From: Proteromonas lacertae
Lineage: Eukaryota
Reading direction: 5' to 3'
Assembly: GCA_002245135.1 (NCBI GenBank)
Contig: NGBS01000583.1
Coordinates: forward strand, 248,001-312,000
DNA length: 64,000 nt
Shown: piece by piece, positions 26,701 through 39,705 of the stretch
Layout: each line of letters opens with the position of its first letter
Position numbering within the stretch: position 1 is the first letter of the stretch
Notes under the pieces: model-generated
Told to the model about the DNA's origin: nothing
Seen by the model: the letters and a program-made list of their open reading frames with translations, nothing else
Database searches by the model: none
Program-made: the position numbers and the translations under genes

Positions 26701-28340
26701 CATTATTATAGTTTCATTCAAGACAGAAATACTAATAATTGGTATCAATTTAACGATGAAAGTGTTACTCCATTCAATATTGATGAAGATTTAGAAAGTG
26801 AATGTTATGGTAATGAAACATCTAATGATTATTATCGTCAAGTCGGTAGATGTAGAAATGCATATGTATTAATATATGAAAGAGAGAAATTTTTACCATT
26901 TGAAATAAAAGCATGTAAAGTTCTTCCACAATATATTGAAGATTTGAAGAATGAAATATCTGAAGATAATAATACAAGTTTAAGAGAATATTATATTACA
27001 ACAGGAAACTTTGAGAATTTCATGTTACAATTCTTAAATACAGTTAGTAATTCAACAGTAATAAAGAGTGAAGATTATTATAAGTTATTATCGTTAATGG
27101 GAAGATACATCACTCATCATTTGGTGAATCATAAAATTTCAATGTGCTGTACATTTTTAAATAAATTATCAAGTCTATTCAACGATAATGATAAATATTC
27201 ATATGAATATATGAAAATAATTATAGAACAACCAATAATCAATAAGAAATTATTCTTCAAATGTTATGATAAAGATGTAAGATCTTATTTTGCATCATTT
27301 ATGTCTGTTTTGATGATCAATTCAATGAGATATGAAATAGAGAATAAGATAATAAATCCTGAAATGTATAAGAAAGATTTATCAAATGAAGATAATAAGT
27401 ATATATATATATATATATATTATTTATATTTATTATAGACCATTAATATATAAATTTTTATATCCATTACTCAGTGAAAAAGTAATAAAAAAGAATATGG
27501 GTAGTGAATTATATACTGAATTATTCTTATTTATTATTCACTTACAACAATCTAAATATTCAAGTGAAGTAAATTTAATGTTATATAACACATTCCACTA
27601 TAAAGATTTCATATACAAAATTCTCAATATAGCAAGTAGTTCTACTAATCTTCACAATGCTGATACTGATAATTATAATAATATTTATCATTCACTTTCA
27701 TTGTTTATATGTTGTTGTGATACTGGTTCTTCTCCACCATTATCACCTTCCAAACAGAGTAATTATTTATATAGAATAAAGACTGAAGATATATTTAGAG
27801 ATATAGATATAGAATTGTTGATTAATCCAATTAGTAATAATTGTCCTGGTATTCAAAACCTATTCCGCCATTTGTGTTATAATAATCGTGAGTATATATA
27901 TATAATTATATTATATTATGATTAGTGGATCAGTTATCGTAATGGCAAATGTATTACTTCATTTCTGGAAACATCAACCTTTTCCACAATATATGTCATC
28001 ATATAAATCATTGTGTAATATTCTATTCACATTGAACGATGAGTTAGATGACTATAGAATGGATTTATTCTTAATAAGTAAAAAAGGAATTTATGATTAT
28101 ATAAAAGATCATTCATTAAATCGTCCTGATATAGTTATTAATACAATGGTAGCATTATTTGAATTATCATCACAGATTCCTTCTTTAGAAAGGAAATTAA
28201 GAATAACAAAGGATAGATGGAATTTCATTGATTCATTCTATTTAAATCGTACTACAGCATCTCCAGCAATATCATCACCATTCCAAATTGAACTTGAACC
28301 ATGTAAGTCTTTATACACAAAGTTTATTGAAAAGAAGTGA
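20730..28340 (+). CDS. Large ubiquitin-specific protease (C19), USP9X/USP24/USP34-like
   Basis: Cys box TGLVNPCCLCYMNSLVQQFFM, QQDAFEF, His box VVHSGNADSGHYYSFI..WYQFND; about 11 small introns including two AT-AC; +1 frame break near 26394. Confidence 0.9.
20950..20995 (+). other. U12-type AT-AC intron (46 nt)
   Basis: 5' ATATCTTT, branch-like TACTTAAT at 20981-20988, 3' GTAC; removal skips the stop at 20967-20969 and keeps the frame open. Confidence 0.7.
21182..21244 (+). other. U12-type AT-AC intron (63 nt)
   Basis: 5' ATATCTTT, branch TTTCCTTAAC at 21221-21230, 3' TTAC; removal turns TG|A into TGG and joins in frame to ORF 21273. Confidence 0.85.
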
Positions 28341-28498
28341 GAATTGATGAAAAAATTTATTAATTTCTATATATTACTTTTTTTACAGTTTTATGTTGTG
28401 TTGATGGAATAAAATACAAAATATACAATATATGGGGAAAACACAACTAAAAATATAGTCTTTAAAAGACGATGACTTCTAAAAGAAAAATTTACTTA

Positions 28499-29790
28499 TT
28501 AACTAGACATCTCTTCTCTTATTGTCTCAACAAACTTATGTTGAATCTCTTGATTACTCAATTCTTTCCATTCTCTCCATTTTTCATAATCAAAATTAAA
28601 ACAACCATCATATTCAATCTCTAAATTTGGATCTCTTACTTCTTTCAAATAAGGATGTTCTAATGCTTCACTTACACTTATACGATTGGATGGATTAAAA
28701 GACAAACATTTCATCATCAAATCTATTCCTTCATTTACTTCTTCACCTTTCAAAAAGGATAATTTACGCTTCCAATCAATTGGAGGCAATTTAGGAAGGG
28801 TTCGAAAGAAGTTCTTCAAGTGTTCATCATTAATAAAAGAGATATCTTCTTCTCTTGGACTTCCTAATATCTTTATTATATGTTGAATATGTTCTTGTGG
28901 ACGATTTAATAATTGTTCTTTCTTCTTCATATCATAATCATTATCTTCAACTAACACATCACTTCGACTAATAAATAAAGGATCAATTTTCAATGACTTT
29001 GTATAAGGACTATGTGGTTGAAGTGTTTGGAATAATTCATAGATTAAACATCCTACACTAAATACATCAACTTTACCATTATAATAGCCTTGTTTCATTG
29101 ATAACTCAGGAGCACGATAATTACGAGATACTACTAAGGGGGTTAAATCTTCACTACTTTGAATACCTAAAGATGGATCTGGAGATGATAATATTCGAGG
29201 AATTTGATTGTTAAAGTAATCAGCTGAGATTTGACGAGATAAACCATAATCGATTATTGATACTCGAGGACTATCATCGATTAAAATATTTTCTGGTTTT
29301 ATATCACGATGAACTATATGAGCACTGTGTAAATATAACAAAGTTCTTAAGATTTCATAGATTATGAATTTGATTTGTTTTGTTCCCCATCCTACTATAC
29401 TTGGAGATCTTTCCATTATATATAATAAGTCATGACCTCGAAATTCTTCTACTATGTAAATACCTTTCAAACCTTCTTCTTCTTTGGGTATCATTACATT
29501 TCTATTATATAATAATGTTTCATTTATACATCAATTTGGGAATATTCGGATGTTCCATTCGATGTAAAATTGATATTTCTCTCAAACAGTATAAAGCCAA
29601 GTCCCATTTCGTAAATGCATTAAATACTTCTTTAATTACAACTCTAGAAATTATCAAAATACAATAATAAATACACTTTACCGTTAGATTTATTTTTGGC
29701 TTTGAATACTCTGCCATAACCTCCCTTACCAACTTTAGAAAAATCAGAGTATTGGTTCTTTACAGCTTCTGGTGCTTGAATTATTCCCAT
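28499..29790 (-). CDS. Atypical MAPK-like (CMGC) Ser/Thr kinase A
   Basis: VGKGGYGRV, VVIKE, CLREISIL, IVHRDIKPENIL, DYG, LTPLVVSRNYRAPE, RISVSEALEHPYL; two small introns (one at 29644-29674). Confidence 0.9.
28556..29051 (-). repeat. Left arm of a ~497-bp inverted repeat (3' half of kinase A)
   Basis: Reverse complement matches 42075-42571 except two substitutions and one indel, by manual comparison. Confidence 0.95.
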
Positions 29791-30274
29791 TGTGCAGTTC
29801 TATCAAAGAAAAAATATTAAAACGTTTTATTGGTCGTTCTACTAAAGTTTCTACTATACAGTTTGAGGCTCGAGACACAATTTTTGGAGTGTTTTGATAC
29901 ATGAAATTATAACATGACAGAAAAAGTATTGAGTATAGATTAATAAAAACTCACCATTAGCAATTAAAAAATCTGCCATAAAGAATACTTGACTAAAAAT
30001 ATGCTAAGTTAAGAATATTATTAAAGAAACACTTTAATTCTTTACTTTACTTTTATAATTTTATATTAATATATCATTAAAGATCATATTCTTTACATAT
30101 TGTACACATTTATTTCTTTTTTGATATTGTGTGAAATATTAAGTATAATAAAAAATAACAGAACAATTTCATATAAAATTGTCATATTTAAGATGTATCA
30201 TTATATAATTCAAATTTTGTTAAATTCAAAACGGGTGTGTAAAACTTTTCATTTACCACAATATTAAAAAAAAC

Positions 30275-31608
30275 ATGTCAAGTGATTTAAACTCCATTCC
30301 TTATCCTGAAATATTCGTTAGTTATGCTAATATTAAATATGTATCGAAAGGAGCATATGGTACAATCTATTCAGCTCATGATAGAGAATGTAATCAGTAT
30401 AATACTTTTTATTGTTTAGAGTTGTAATAAAAGTTATAAATTATGCATTTTATAATTGTGCAATGACATTGAGCTGTTTAAGAGAAATGTCAATTTTAAG
30501 ACAACTACACCATCCTAATCTACCAAGATTATTGTATAAAAGTGTTAATTATAAAGTTTATAGTAAAGTATTAAGACCACCAAATGATGACTGTAATTGC
30601 TTATGTTTAATTGAAGAAAATTGTGGTGTTAATCTGACAAGTATAGCGACATCTTCACCTCGTGTTGGTGGCTGGAGTGTTGAACATATAAAGTTCATTA
30701 TTTATCAATTATTTCGTACTTTGAAATATCTCCATGTATTTAGATTATATTTATATAATTATCTAATTTATATTTAATAGAGTGCTCAAATTGTCCACAG
30801 AGATATTAAACCATCCAACATTCTCTTAAACTCCGTACCAAAACTAACATTAATAGATTTTGGTTTAAGCCGTCAAATATCTACTGAATATTTACACGAT
30901 GATCTTCCAACAATTAATAACGCTGATCATACAGCTGGTGTACAAAGAGTAGAAGAATTAACGCCATTAGTAGTGACTAGAAATTATCGTGCTCCTGAAT
31001 TATCATTAAGACAAGGAAGATATGATGGTGCAATTGATGTATTTAGCGTTGGATGTGTGATGTATGAGTTATTACAAACACTTCAACCGCATTCTGATTC
31101 AGTGAAGTTTTTAAATATTTCCCCATTATTTACAAGTAGAAGTGATACAATTATTGAAGGTAAAAAGAATGAAGATAGTGAAACTCCATTAAATCGAATA
31201 TTAGAAAGACCAAAAGAACATATTCAACAGATAATTAGTGTGATTGGAACACCTAATGAGGAAGATTTAGAGTTTATTGTTGATGAAGAATTGAAGAGAA
31301 CTGTTAGAGAATTGAGACATGTTGATCCTGTTAATTGGAATAGAATGCTACCTTATTTAGGAAGTGAAGAAAGTACAGCTGGTGTTGATTTGATGAAGAA
31401 ATGTTTAGAGTTCAATCCTCATAAGAGAATTACTGTAAGTGAAGCATTAGCTCATCCTTATTTGGCTTCTGTTCGAAATGAAGCTGATGAGATTACAGTT
31501 TCTGTTCCAGTAGATTTTGCTTATGAAAATTTTAGGAATTTAGATGATAATATAAAAATGAATGCACTTAAACAGTGTATTGTTCATGAAATAGAGCATT
31601 ATTATTAA
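30275..31608 (+). CDS. Atypical MAPK-like kinase B, head-to-head paralog of kinase A
   Basis: VSKGAYGTI, VVIKV, CLREMSIL, IVHRDIKPSNIL, DFG, LTPLVVTRNYRAPE; introns 30397-30419, about 30534-30563 and 30736-30780. Confidence 0.9.
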
Positions 31609-31760
31609 ATAATGATTGTACAAGTTATTAATTCATTTTAATTTTAAATTTATTTTGTATTAAGATTATAAAATGATGTGCATAGTCTTTACACAGAGAA
31701 GAAAATAGAATTTTTCAAAATTATTTATCAAACTTGTTTGAGAATTTTAATTTGATTAAA

Positions 31761-33882
31761 ATGAGTGATAGCAGTTCTGATGATGACATTACTTACATTT
31801 TAGAAGACATAGATATAAAAGACGCTGGAAAATTCTTTGATGCTGCAGTTAATGGGAATTTAGAAATAGTGAAAGAAATGGTGGAGAACAAAACTGCAAA
31901 TGTAAATCAAACAGATTCAGATGGCTATACTGCTCTAATACTTGCTTCTTCCTCTGGTCATCTCCCTGTAGTAAAATATCTTTTAGAACAAGGAGCTGAT
32001 CCAACTCAAGTAACCATTGAAACAAGAACAAACGCCTTATTTTTTGCAACAAAATGTGGAGCTTTGGATATAATGTCACTGCTTATTCAACAAGATCACA
32101 GTATAGTAAATTATGTAAATAGTAATGGTGGTATATTCCTTAATTATTATGATGTTTTATAGATACTCCGCTTATTTGGGGATGTTTAGAAAATCAAATA
32201 GATGCTTGTCAATATTTATTATCAGAAGGAGCCAATAGTCGGATCATCAATGGAACTGATAAAACTGTTCCAATGTGTTTATGTCTTATCTCAACAACAC
32301 AAAATTATGATGAAGATAAAGACAAAAGAAAAGCAGAGTTTTTAAAATTAATATTAGAATCGTATATATATATGATTTATTTTCCTAGATATAAAGGTGA
32401 ATTTGATGTAGTAAATTTTGCAGATTGTACAGGTAACACTGCACTACATTATGCTTCATTATCTAGTTCATACCATAGTATAAAAGTGTTATTTGATTTT
32501 GGTGCTGATTTAACTATTAAGAATGATGCTGGTTTAACTGCTTTAGATTGTATTGCAAGGAAGATAGCTCATGGTAAAGATATAGCGACTTGCGATATTT
32601 ATTTATTTCAAACATTAACCAAAAAATGGACAGATTTAGAGAATTTTTCTAGAAATACGTATAGTCATCAATTATTATATATATGTATATTATATAGAAT
32701 GACTGAACTGTTAGAATCTGAAGGATTATCTCCTATAGATGATAATAAGTCGTCGAATAAATCAAAGAAGAATAAAAACAAGAAAAATAAAAAGAAATCT
32801 AACAAAAAGAAACCATCAAAAATTCAAACAACAACAAGTATAAAATATAATAATATTAATGTTTATATAAATAGTAAATGAGATAATATGTGATCATTGT
32901 AGTTATTCACGTACTGAGCCAAAGGTATTAACTTCTATTAGATATAAATGTGATCAATGTCCTGATTATGATTTATGTTCTGATTGTTACCAATCTCATG
33001 ATTTGATTCATCCAATGCATACTTTTACACTATTATCAGTTGATAATAATGATGATATGAAGAAATCTATTCCTATTATAAAGAACAGTAAAATGAGCAT
33101 TGAGACTGAAGAGAAGATGTTGGCAGAAATGATAAATGAAGAGAAAGAAGATGATGAAGTAGTAATAATTGAAGAAGATAATAAAGAGAATGAAGCTGAT
33201 GATGAAAATGATATTTTTGATGAGAAACGGAATATCAAGAAATTGAAAAAAGATAATAAAGAGGAACAAATAAAAGAGGAAGTTATAAAGAGTGATAAAG
33301 TTAAAGTTAAAGAAAAAGAAAAGGAAAAAAAGAAGATTGAAATAAAAAATGAAGAAATCAAATCACAACCAGAAACAATTACAGAATCAAAAAATAAAGA
33401 AGAGAAAGAAAAGAATATAATAACAGAAGAAAAGCCACAATTGGATAATCAACCACCACCACCATCACAACAACAGGAACAATCTCAACAACATATAATT
33501 CATAGTTCTAGTTTTCACAAAGTTCCGGTATTATCCTACAAAGAAGTAGTTCAACAATCCACTCCTGAAGATAATAATTTCCAACTTCAAGATTCAGAAA
33601 TACAACAACAACAACAACAACAACAACATTCCTCCACATTAATAGAAACATTACTACAACCTCCACCATTATCACAACCTCAATTAATACCTCAAACTAT
33701 ACCAATAGAGCAACAAGTACCTCCACTTCCACCACCACAACCACCATTCAATAATAATTATAAACCAATTCCATTACAATCATTATTCCCACAATCACAA
33801 CAACAACAACAACAACAACAACAACCTAATAATAATAATAATATATCAACAACTAATGATAAAATAACAACTCAAAAATCTC

Positions 33883-33913
<31 letters not shown>

Positions 33914-34430
33914 GAATGATAATTCAATAGTGAATGATTCACCTCCAATTGTTCAACCATTGCATTTCCCAACTACTAATGGTGGTTATTCTTATCCAAA
34001 CTCACCTTATAATTTTTATGAATATATAACACAACCACAACAAATAAATACATCTTCTAATCAACTTCAACAACAACAAAACAATTTTCCTGATTCTAGA
34101 GATTTTTATCAACAATCAACTGTTAATTTTACTACACCACCACCAGGATATAGATCTTATAGACTTTTTGAAACTCCTGGTAAATATGATAATCTATTGC
34201 CTAATAAACAACCTGTATTACCTACACTAGAACAAGTAATGAATGATTCATTACAACAGTATCCATTTTTATTACAAACAGGTATAAATCCATTACATAT
34301 GTGTGGTCTTGATTTAGAATCATTAGATTACCAACAATTAGATTATTTACAAGAATTCAGTTTCTCTCTTTTAAAGAAGATATCTGATATGAAAGCAATG
34401 AAGGCAATGCAGTCAAGGTATTATTCATGA
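31761..34430 (+). CDS. Ankyrin-repeat protein with ZZ-type zinc finger and Lys/Glu- and Gln-rich regions
   Basis: GYTALILAS, GDTPLIWG and GNTALHYAS ankyrin repeats; spliced exon ICDHC..IRYKCDQCPDYDLCSDCY..HPMHTF; (CAA)n poly-Gln runs. Confidence 0.8.
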
Positions 34431-34521
34431 TAGTTATATTTGTTTTTGTTTTTTGTATTTGTTTTTTGTTGTTCCAAAAATAACAGAAATATATTCGTTT
34501 TGTAATTCATTTTAATTTAAA

Positions 34522-34902
34522 ATGTCTTCGAAGTTGTTAAAGAAGCAATTACAACAGCTACAAAATACATCAATCAGAGATGAAGCACAAAATAATTCAG
34601 ATAAAAGTATTTAAAACTGTTGTAATGATAGAATTGAAAAGAAAGAAATCCAAGAAGGAAGAAACAATCAAAACAAAAATGTTATCATCAAAGTAAAAAT
34701 TCAGAAAAACATAAAAAGATAAAAAGTAATATCATAAAATAACTCTACTGTAGATGTAATGAATAAATCACAAATAGAAGAAGAAATAAGACAAGAAAAT
34801 ATAAAAAGAGCATTAATTTCATTATCTGTTGAAGATAATACAATGAAGACACAATCAAAGAAGAGAAAAATTAGAAAGGAAGAAAATGAGGATGATTTTT
34901 AG
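34522..34902 (+). CDS. Small Lys-rich hypothetical protein
   Basis: ATG at 34522 (MSSKLLKKQLQQL), two short GT-AG introns (first 34607-34631), last exon ends ENEDDF*; needs one frame correction. Confidence 0.45.
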
Positions 34903-34973
34903 TTTTACTCCATTTCAGTAATAAAAATAGGTGAATAATAATAATAATAATAATATGTTTGTTTAATGATATT

Positions 34974-35574
34974 TTATGACTTTCCCTTTTTCTCTCTTTT
35001 CTTTTCTTTCTTGTCTTCTTTTTTCTTTTGGATCAAGATTTTCTTTACTTGGTTCTTCTGGATCAGGAGTAAATACCCAATTTAATAACGATTTGCCATA
35101 TGTATATATTAAATAAGCTGGAATCTAAGAAAAGAAAGAAGTATTGTTTGAAATATTTTATACTGTTAAGTATAATAACCATGCATATCTTGTAATGATC
35201 GATAATACTATTACAGCACCACATATTGCAAAAACATCAAATGCATATCTAAATGCATATTAAAAGTCATAATATACGATTCAATTGCCATTGTATACAC
35301 CAATGTTTCCATTTTCATTTTCACAAAGTAATAACACAATGTCATTATTGTAATTGGTGTAAGAAAACCAATAAAACCAAAAAAAGTCATATTAGACCAA
35401 TTGAACAGTAGTTTATGAATTATATGAATAACCTGTTATAACAATATAAGCAAAAATACAACAAGAGTTATGAATGTTCCTGTGAAATATGTATCAAACT
35501 TTGCATTAAGTCTGTCTTTCTTTTTTTCTGCGTTATTAGCCTATTAAATATGTTTAATTCATGAAATATACCAT
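34974..35574 (-). CDS. TMEM208: TMEM208/SND2 (DUF788) ER membrane protein (absent from ORF track)
   Basis: Four introns, first exon codes ATG only; M-ANNAEKK..N start, YAFDVFAI..WLLYLT-IPAYLIY and a basic C-terminal tail. Confidence 0.75.
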
Positions 35575-35643
35575 AAATACACTTAATACAAAATGATAAT
35601 ACAGACAATACAGTTTGATAGTCAAACTCATTTTATCATTATA

Positions 35644-36483
35644 ATGAAGTATTTTACAACAAATATACATTCTTATTTATAGTTCTCTTTTCAAATCATC
35701 AGTGCGTTTCTCTCGTCTTGGATTGAAGCAATTTATAAAACCAATAAACCAAGTCCGAACATTTGCTAGTATACCTCCACCAGCAAGTTTCAATCCATCA
35801 CAAAATGGTGAAGATATCGATTCAGATGAAGTACCAGATCTTAAATCAGCTTTTTCTAATTTATATGATGTTTTATCACAATCCTCACTTCCAGATGGTG
35901 AAATGTATAAAGAATGTAAAAGTGAAGTTGAACAACTAATGCAATCATTAAAAGCAAAATATCTTTTTATTATTCTTTTATAAACTATTATATTTTCTTA
36001 ATTCAATTTAATCAAATAAATGTTAGTTATGAAGAAGGAAATCCAGATGTGGAAGTGACAAGAGAATTTCCAGAAGGAAAAATTAAATTAAATTTCAGTG
36101 TAATACAAGGTGAAGACATAAAATTTGGTGAAAGACCAATAGATCCAATCGTTTTATCATATGATTGTACAATTGAAAGAAAGGGTCAAGATTATTCAGC
36201 ATTATTAGACTGTAAAAGTACAATGAATGGCGAAACACAAGTTGAAAAAGCAAGTTTAATAACAAAAGATGAATCTGAAATACCATCACCTTATTTATTA
36301 GAATTTGATCCAACTATTCATGAGGGATTTGTTGAATTACTGGCAAGATGTGGATTTAATGTCCAAACTGTATCTGATATTGTTAGTTTTGCTCGTGCTG
36401 CTAGTGGTGTTGAACAAATAGCATGGGCAGAGGAATGGAAGAATTTTGCATCAAATGGAAAAGTAGATAAAAAAGAAGAATAA
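35644..36483 (+). CDS. Mitochondrion-targeted acidic protein, MAM33/C1QBP-like
   Basis: Presequence-like MNSLFKSSVRFSRLGLKQFIKPINQVRTFAS; C-terminal FDPTIHEGFVELLARCGF..EQIAWAEEWKNF fits the MAM33 terminal helices; second intron non-canonical. Confidence 0.55.
35959..36026 (+). other. Probable U12-type intron with AT-AG (or other non-AC) termini
   Basis: No nearby GT donor; 5' ATATCTTT, branch-like TTTTCTTAAT at 35993-36002; removing 68 nt restores frame. Confidence 0.6.
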
Positions 36484-36666
36484 ATTGAGATTAAATTGTT
36501 GTTATTTTTTGTTATTATCTTAGGGAATAGGTATTATTTCACTAAGCTTAGTAATGTTAAGAAGTTATTTAGAAATAATATGCATTTCATTCCTTTCATA
36601 AATAATATAGGCTTGAATTCCTATTCAAATTTATCGTAATTTCTTTTTTTTGTCTTTTCTGAGACA

Positions 36667-37822
36667 ATGAAAACACTTATATTGATTCTATGCGTTCTTT
36701 CCTATATACTGGCATGTAATAATTACTGTAGTGGACATGGTACTTGTGAACTAAAAGAGAAATGCTCATGTTTCCCAGGGTGGGGAGGTGCTGATTGTCA
36801 ATTACGTATTTTTGTTATAATAATTTGTTAGGATCATGTCCATATGGTGAAGCTTATATTGACTTAATGCTTGGCGATCTAAACCACGACGGGAAGGTAA
36901 CTGAAGCGGAGCCTAAAACTGAATGGTATCCAGATGAAAGGTTTACCAGAAAATTTAAAAGATTATGTGACAAACGACAGAGCACATAGATATGCAGAAT
37001 GTTCAAATGCAGGTGTTTGTGATAGAACAACAGGTGTATGTAATTGTTTTGAAGGTTTTGAAGGTAGTTCCTTGCCAGAGAAGAACTTGTCCATCAAATA
37101 CAAACAGTGTGTGTTCAGGACATGGTAGTTGCATATCTACATCAATAGCAGTTGACCATATGCCAAGTAATCCAATAGCTGGTTGGGAATATGATAAATT
37201 CTATAGTTGTATGTGTGATGAAGGATGGAAGAATATGGATTGTTCTGAAAGAATATGTCCAAAGGGATTAGATCCATCATCAGCACAAACACCACCAGAA
37301 TTTAAATATACTTATGAATTACCTATAAAAGATAATAATAATAATAAATATACTCCAACTCATTTTTTCAGATATAAATTTAATAATCATATATACACAT
37401 CACCATTAGTTAATGATAAATTAGTTCCTACAGATGAAGCTGCAGATAATAATGCTAAAATCAGTGAAATCCAAGAAGAAATACGAAAAACATTAGCTGT
37501 TATTCCTCCATTATCACAATCAAGAGTTGAAATAGAAAAAAATCAAAATAACAATTATGATTCTCCTTTAACAGTGAATATTTATGCAGAGTATTGTGAT
37601 TATGATTTATTTTATCACAAAGAATCATATCTACATGTTTACTATAATAAAAATAAATATGATCAAGCAACAAGAGCAGGTGATGAAATTAAAGATAATA
37701 ATGGTAAAAAAGTTGAAAGAAAACCAATAGAATGTAGTAATAAAGGTGTGTGTAATACAGAAACTGGAATGTGTGAGTGTCTAACGGGTTATTATGGTAT
37801 TGCATGTCAGCTAGCGAGTTAA
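36667..37822 (+). CDS. Secreted EGF-repeat mastigoneme (Sig1/Ocm1)-like protein, copy 2
   Basis: Signal peptide; [48 protein letters not shown], terminal [17 protein letters not shown]; intron 36806-36831 at the same position as in copy 1; two +1 frame breaks. Confidence 0.8.
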
Positions 37823-37932
37823 TCTTTATAAATTTTTGTTTAATAGATATGTATTATATATATTTTTTATTGTAACTTAATTCTGTTTTATGTATTTTAA
37901 TAATAAAAAGAAAAATATACAAATCTTATACT

Positions 37933-39567
37933 CTACTGTGTTTTAGTCTCTAATTTAGTTAATTTTTCTTTAACATTATCCTTAAACGATTTCAATATAC
38001 TATAAACATCTTTATAACCATCAGAGAGTGAATATTTGAATGATTTTTGTCCTAAATTAATTCTCACCTTTTGACCAGCTTCTAAACTAATTGCAGGATA
38101 TATATCAACTTCCTCTTTACTAATATCACTATAAGCAATACCTAAATCAACTCCATTCTTTGAAAATGATATTTCTCTAGTTTCTCCATTATAAAAACAG
38201 CTTATAACATCACCACATTTCCATTTTGATTCTAACCCATAATCATTTTCATCAACATTATATTTCTTTTGATTAAATCCATCATAACTCCACGAATGAT
38301 CAGTATCACCAACTCCATTATTCTCAGTTTCTTTACACTCAAATTTGGAAGTTGCCCATCCAATTTGCATTTTATTATCACTGATTAATTCTACTTCATA
38401 ATATATTTTGATAGGATGATAATAACGGATCTGATAATCCCAATGAACTGAATTGACTTAATCCTTCTAATAAATCTGATTCTGTTAAAGACATTTCACC
38501 ACTTAATTGAGTCATTGTGTCTTTTAATTCTATTGATTCTTCAGATTCATTTGTTTCTTCAGATTCTACCACTTCGTTTGATTCATTTGTTGTTGTTGTT
38601 GTTGTTGGAAGTGGTGGTGGTGGAGATTGAACTATTTCTTCATTTAATGGTTTTATTTTATCATTTCCTTTAGAAGATTTCTTTCTTCTTTTATTCTTTC
38701 TCAATTCACCCAATCCTTCCATTACTGCATTTTTAACTAAATTCTCATCTAACGAATAATCAAAATATTTCCTCTTTTCTTCTTCTCTCTTTTGTTGTTG
38801 TTCTAATGCTTCAGTATCAACGTAATTCTTTTTTCCTTCTTCTGATAAATCATTATATCCATGTGCAAATGTGCATGATTTACCACGAGGACAACCCCAA
38901 TCTTTATTTGCACCTTTTGGAGCTATAAATAAAATACAAAATATAAATTATTATTATCATTTATACGATTTCTTATTTTTCTGGCATTTACCCAATCAGC
39001 ACACATTACTGTCTTAGTTTTTGATACTTTCTTTTTTATTTTATTATCTTTAGCCCATGATGGTAAACCTAAATACCATCCTTCTATTCCTGTTTCTGTT
39101 TTTTCTTCTTCTTCTACATATTCTTCGTTGTTTAATTTTGCTAATTCTTTTCGCTCTTGTCTTTCTTGCCATTTCAATAAAGCTATTTCATTATTTACAT
39201 TACGAAGTCTTCTACCGTTGAGATCTCGACAAGCACCAAAATTTGTTACTGTTTTACCCAACTTCTTACCTTCAAATTTTAAATTTGCACCAAATCTATT
39301 GAGTGATTAGAAAAATAAGTTTAATACCCTCCTTTTCCTCCTGAACCTTTCACAGCAATATTCACAAACATTACATCTTTATATTTGTTTTCACTTTGTA
39401 CAACTCTATTAACTATAAAAATACATCCAACAGGAATGTTTTCTTGTTCCTAAACACTATATTCAAGTCAAAAATACTTCTATTCTTTCTAAAACTTCAC
39501 TTTCTAAATATTCATTTGCAAATAATGAATGATAACAACCATCAATTCTATAATAAATAGTAACCAT
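37933..39567 (-). CDS. SDE2: SDE2 splicing-factor homolog with CCCH zinc finger and C-terminal SPRY domain
   Basis: GGKGG|FGANL..TNFGACRDLNGRRLRNVN; KTVMCADW..GCPRGKSCTFAHG; YYEVEL..MQIGW..GVGDTDHSWSYDG..YPAISL; 3 introns, one frame break near 38415. Confidence 0.8.
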
Positions 39568-39705
39568 AGAAGAAAAATGAAAAACAAATGTCAAACTTAT
39601 GTTTGATTCAAATCTATTTTGACATTTTCTTTATTCTCTTAAAAAAACATATTCAATAACAATTTCTTACGTATTAATCATTATTCTTAACAATAGATGA
39701 TAATT

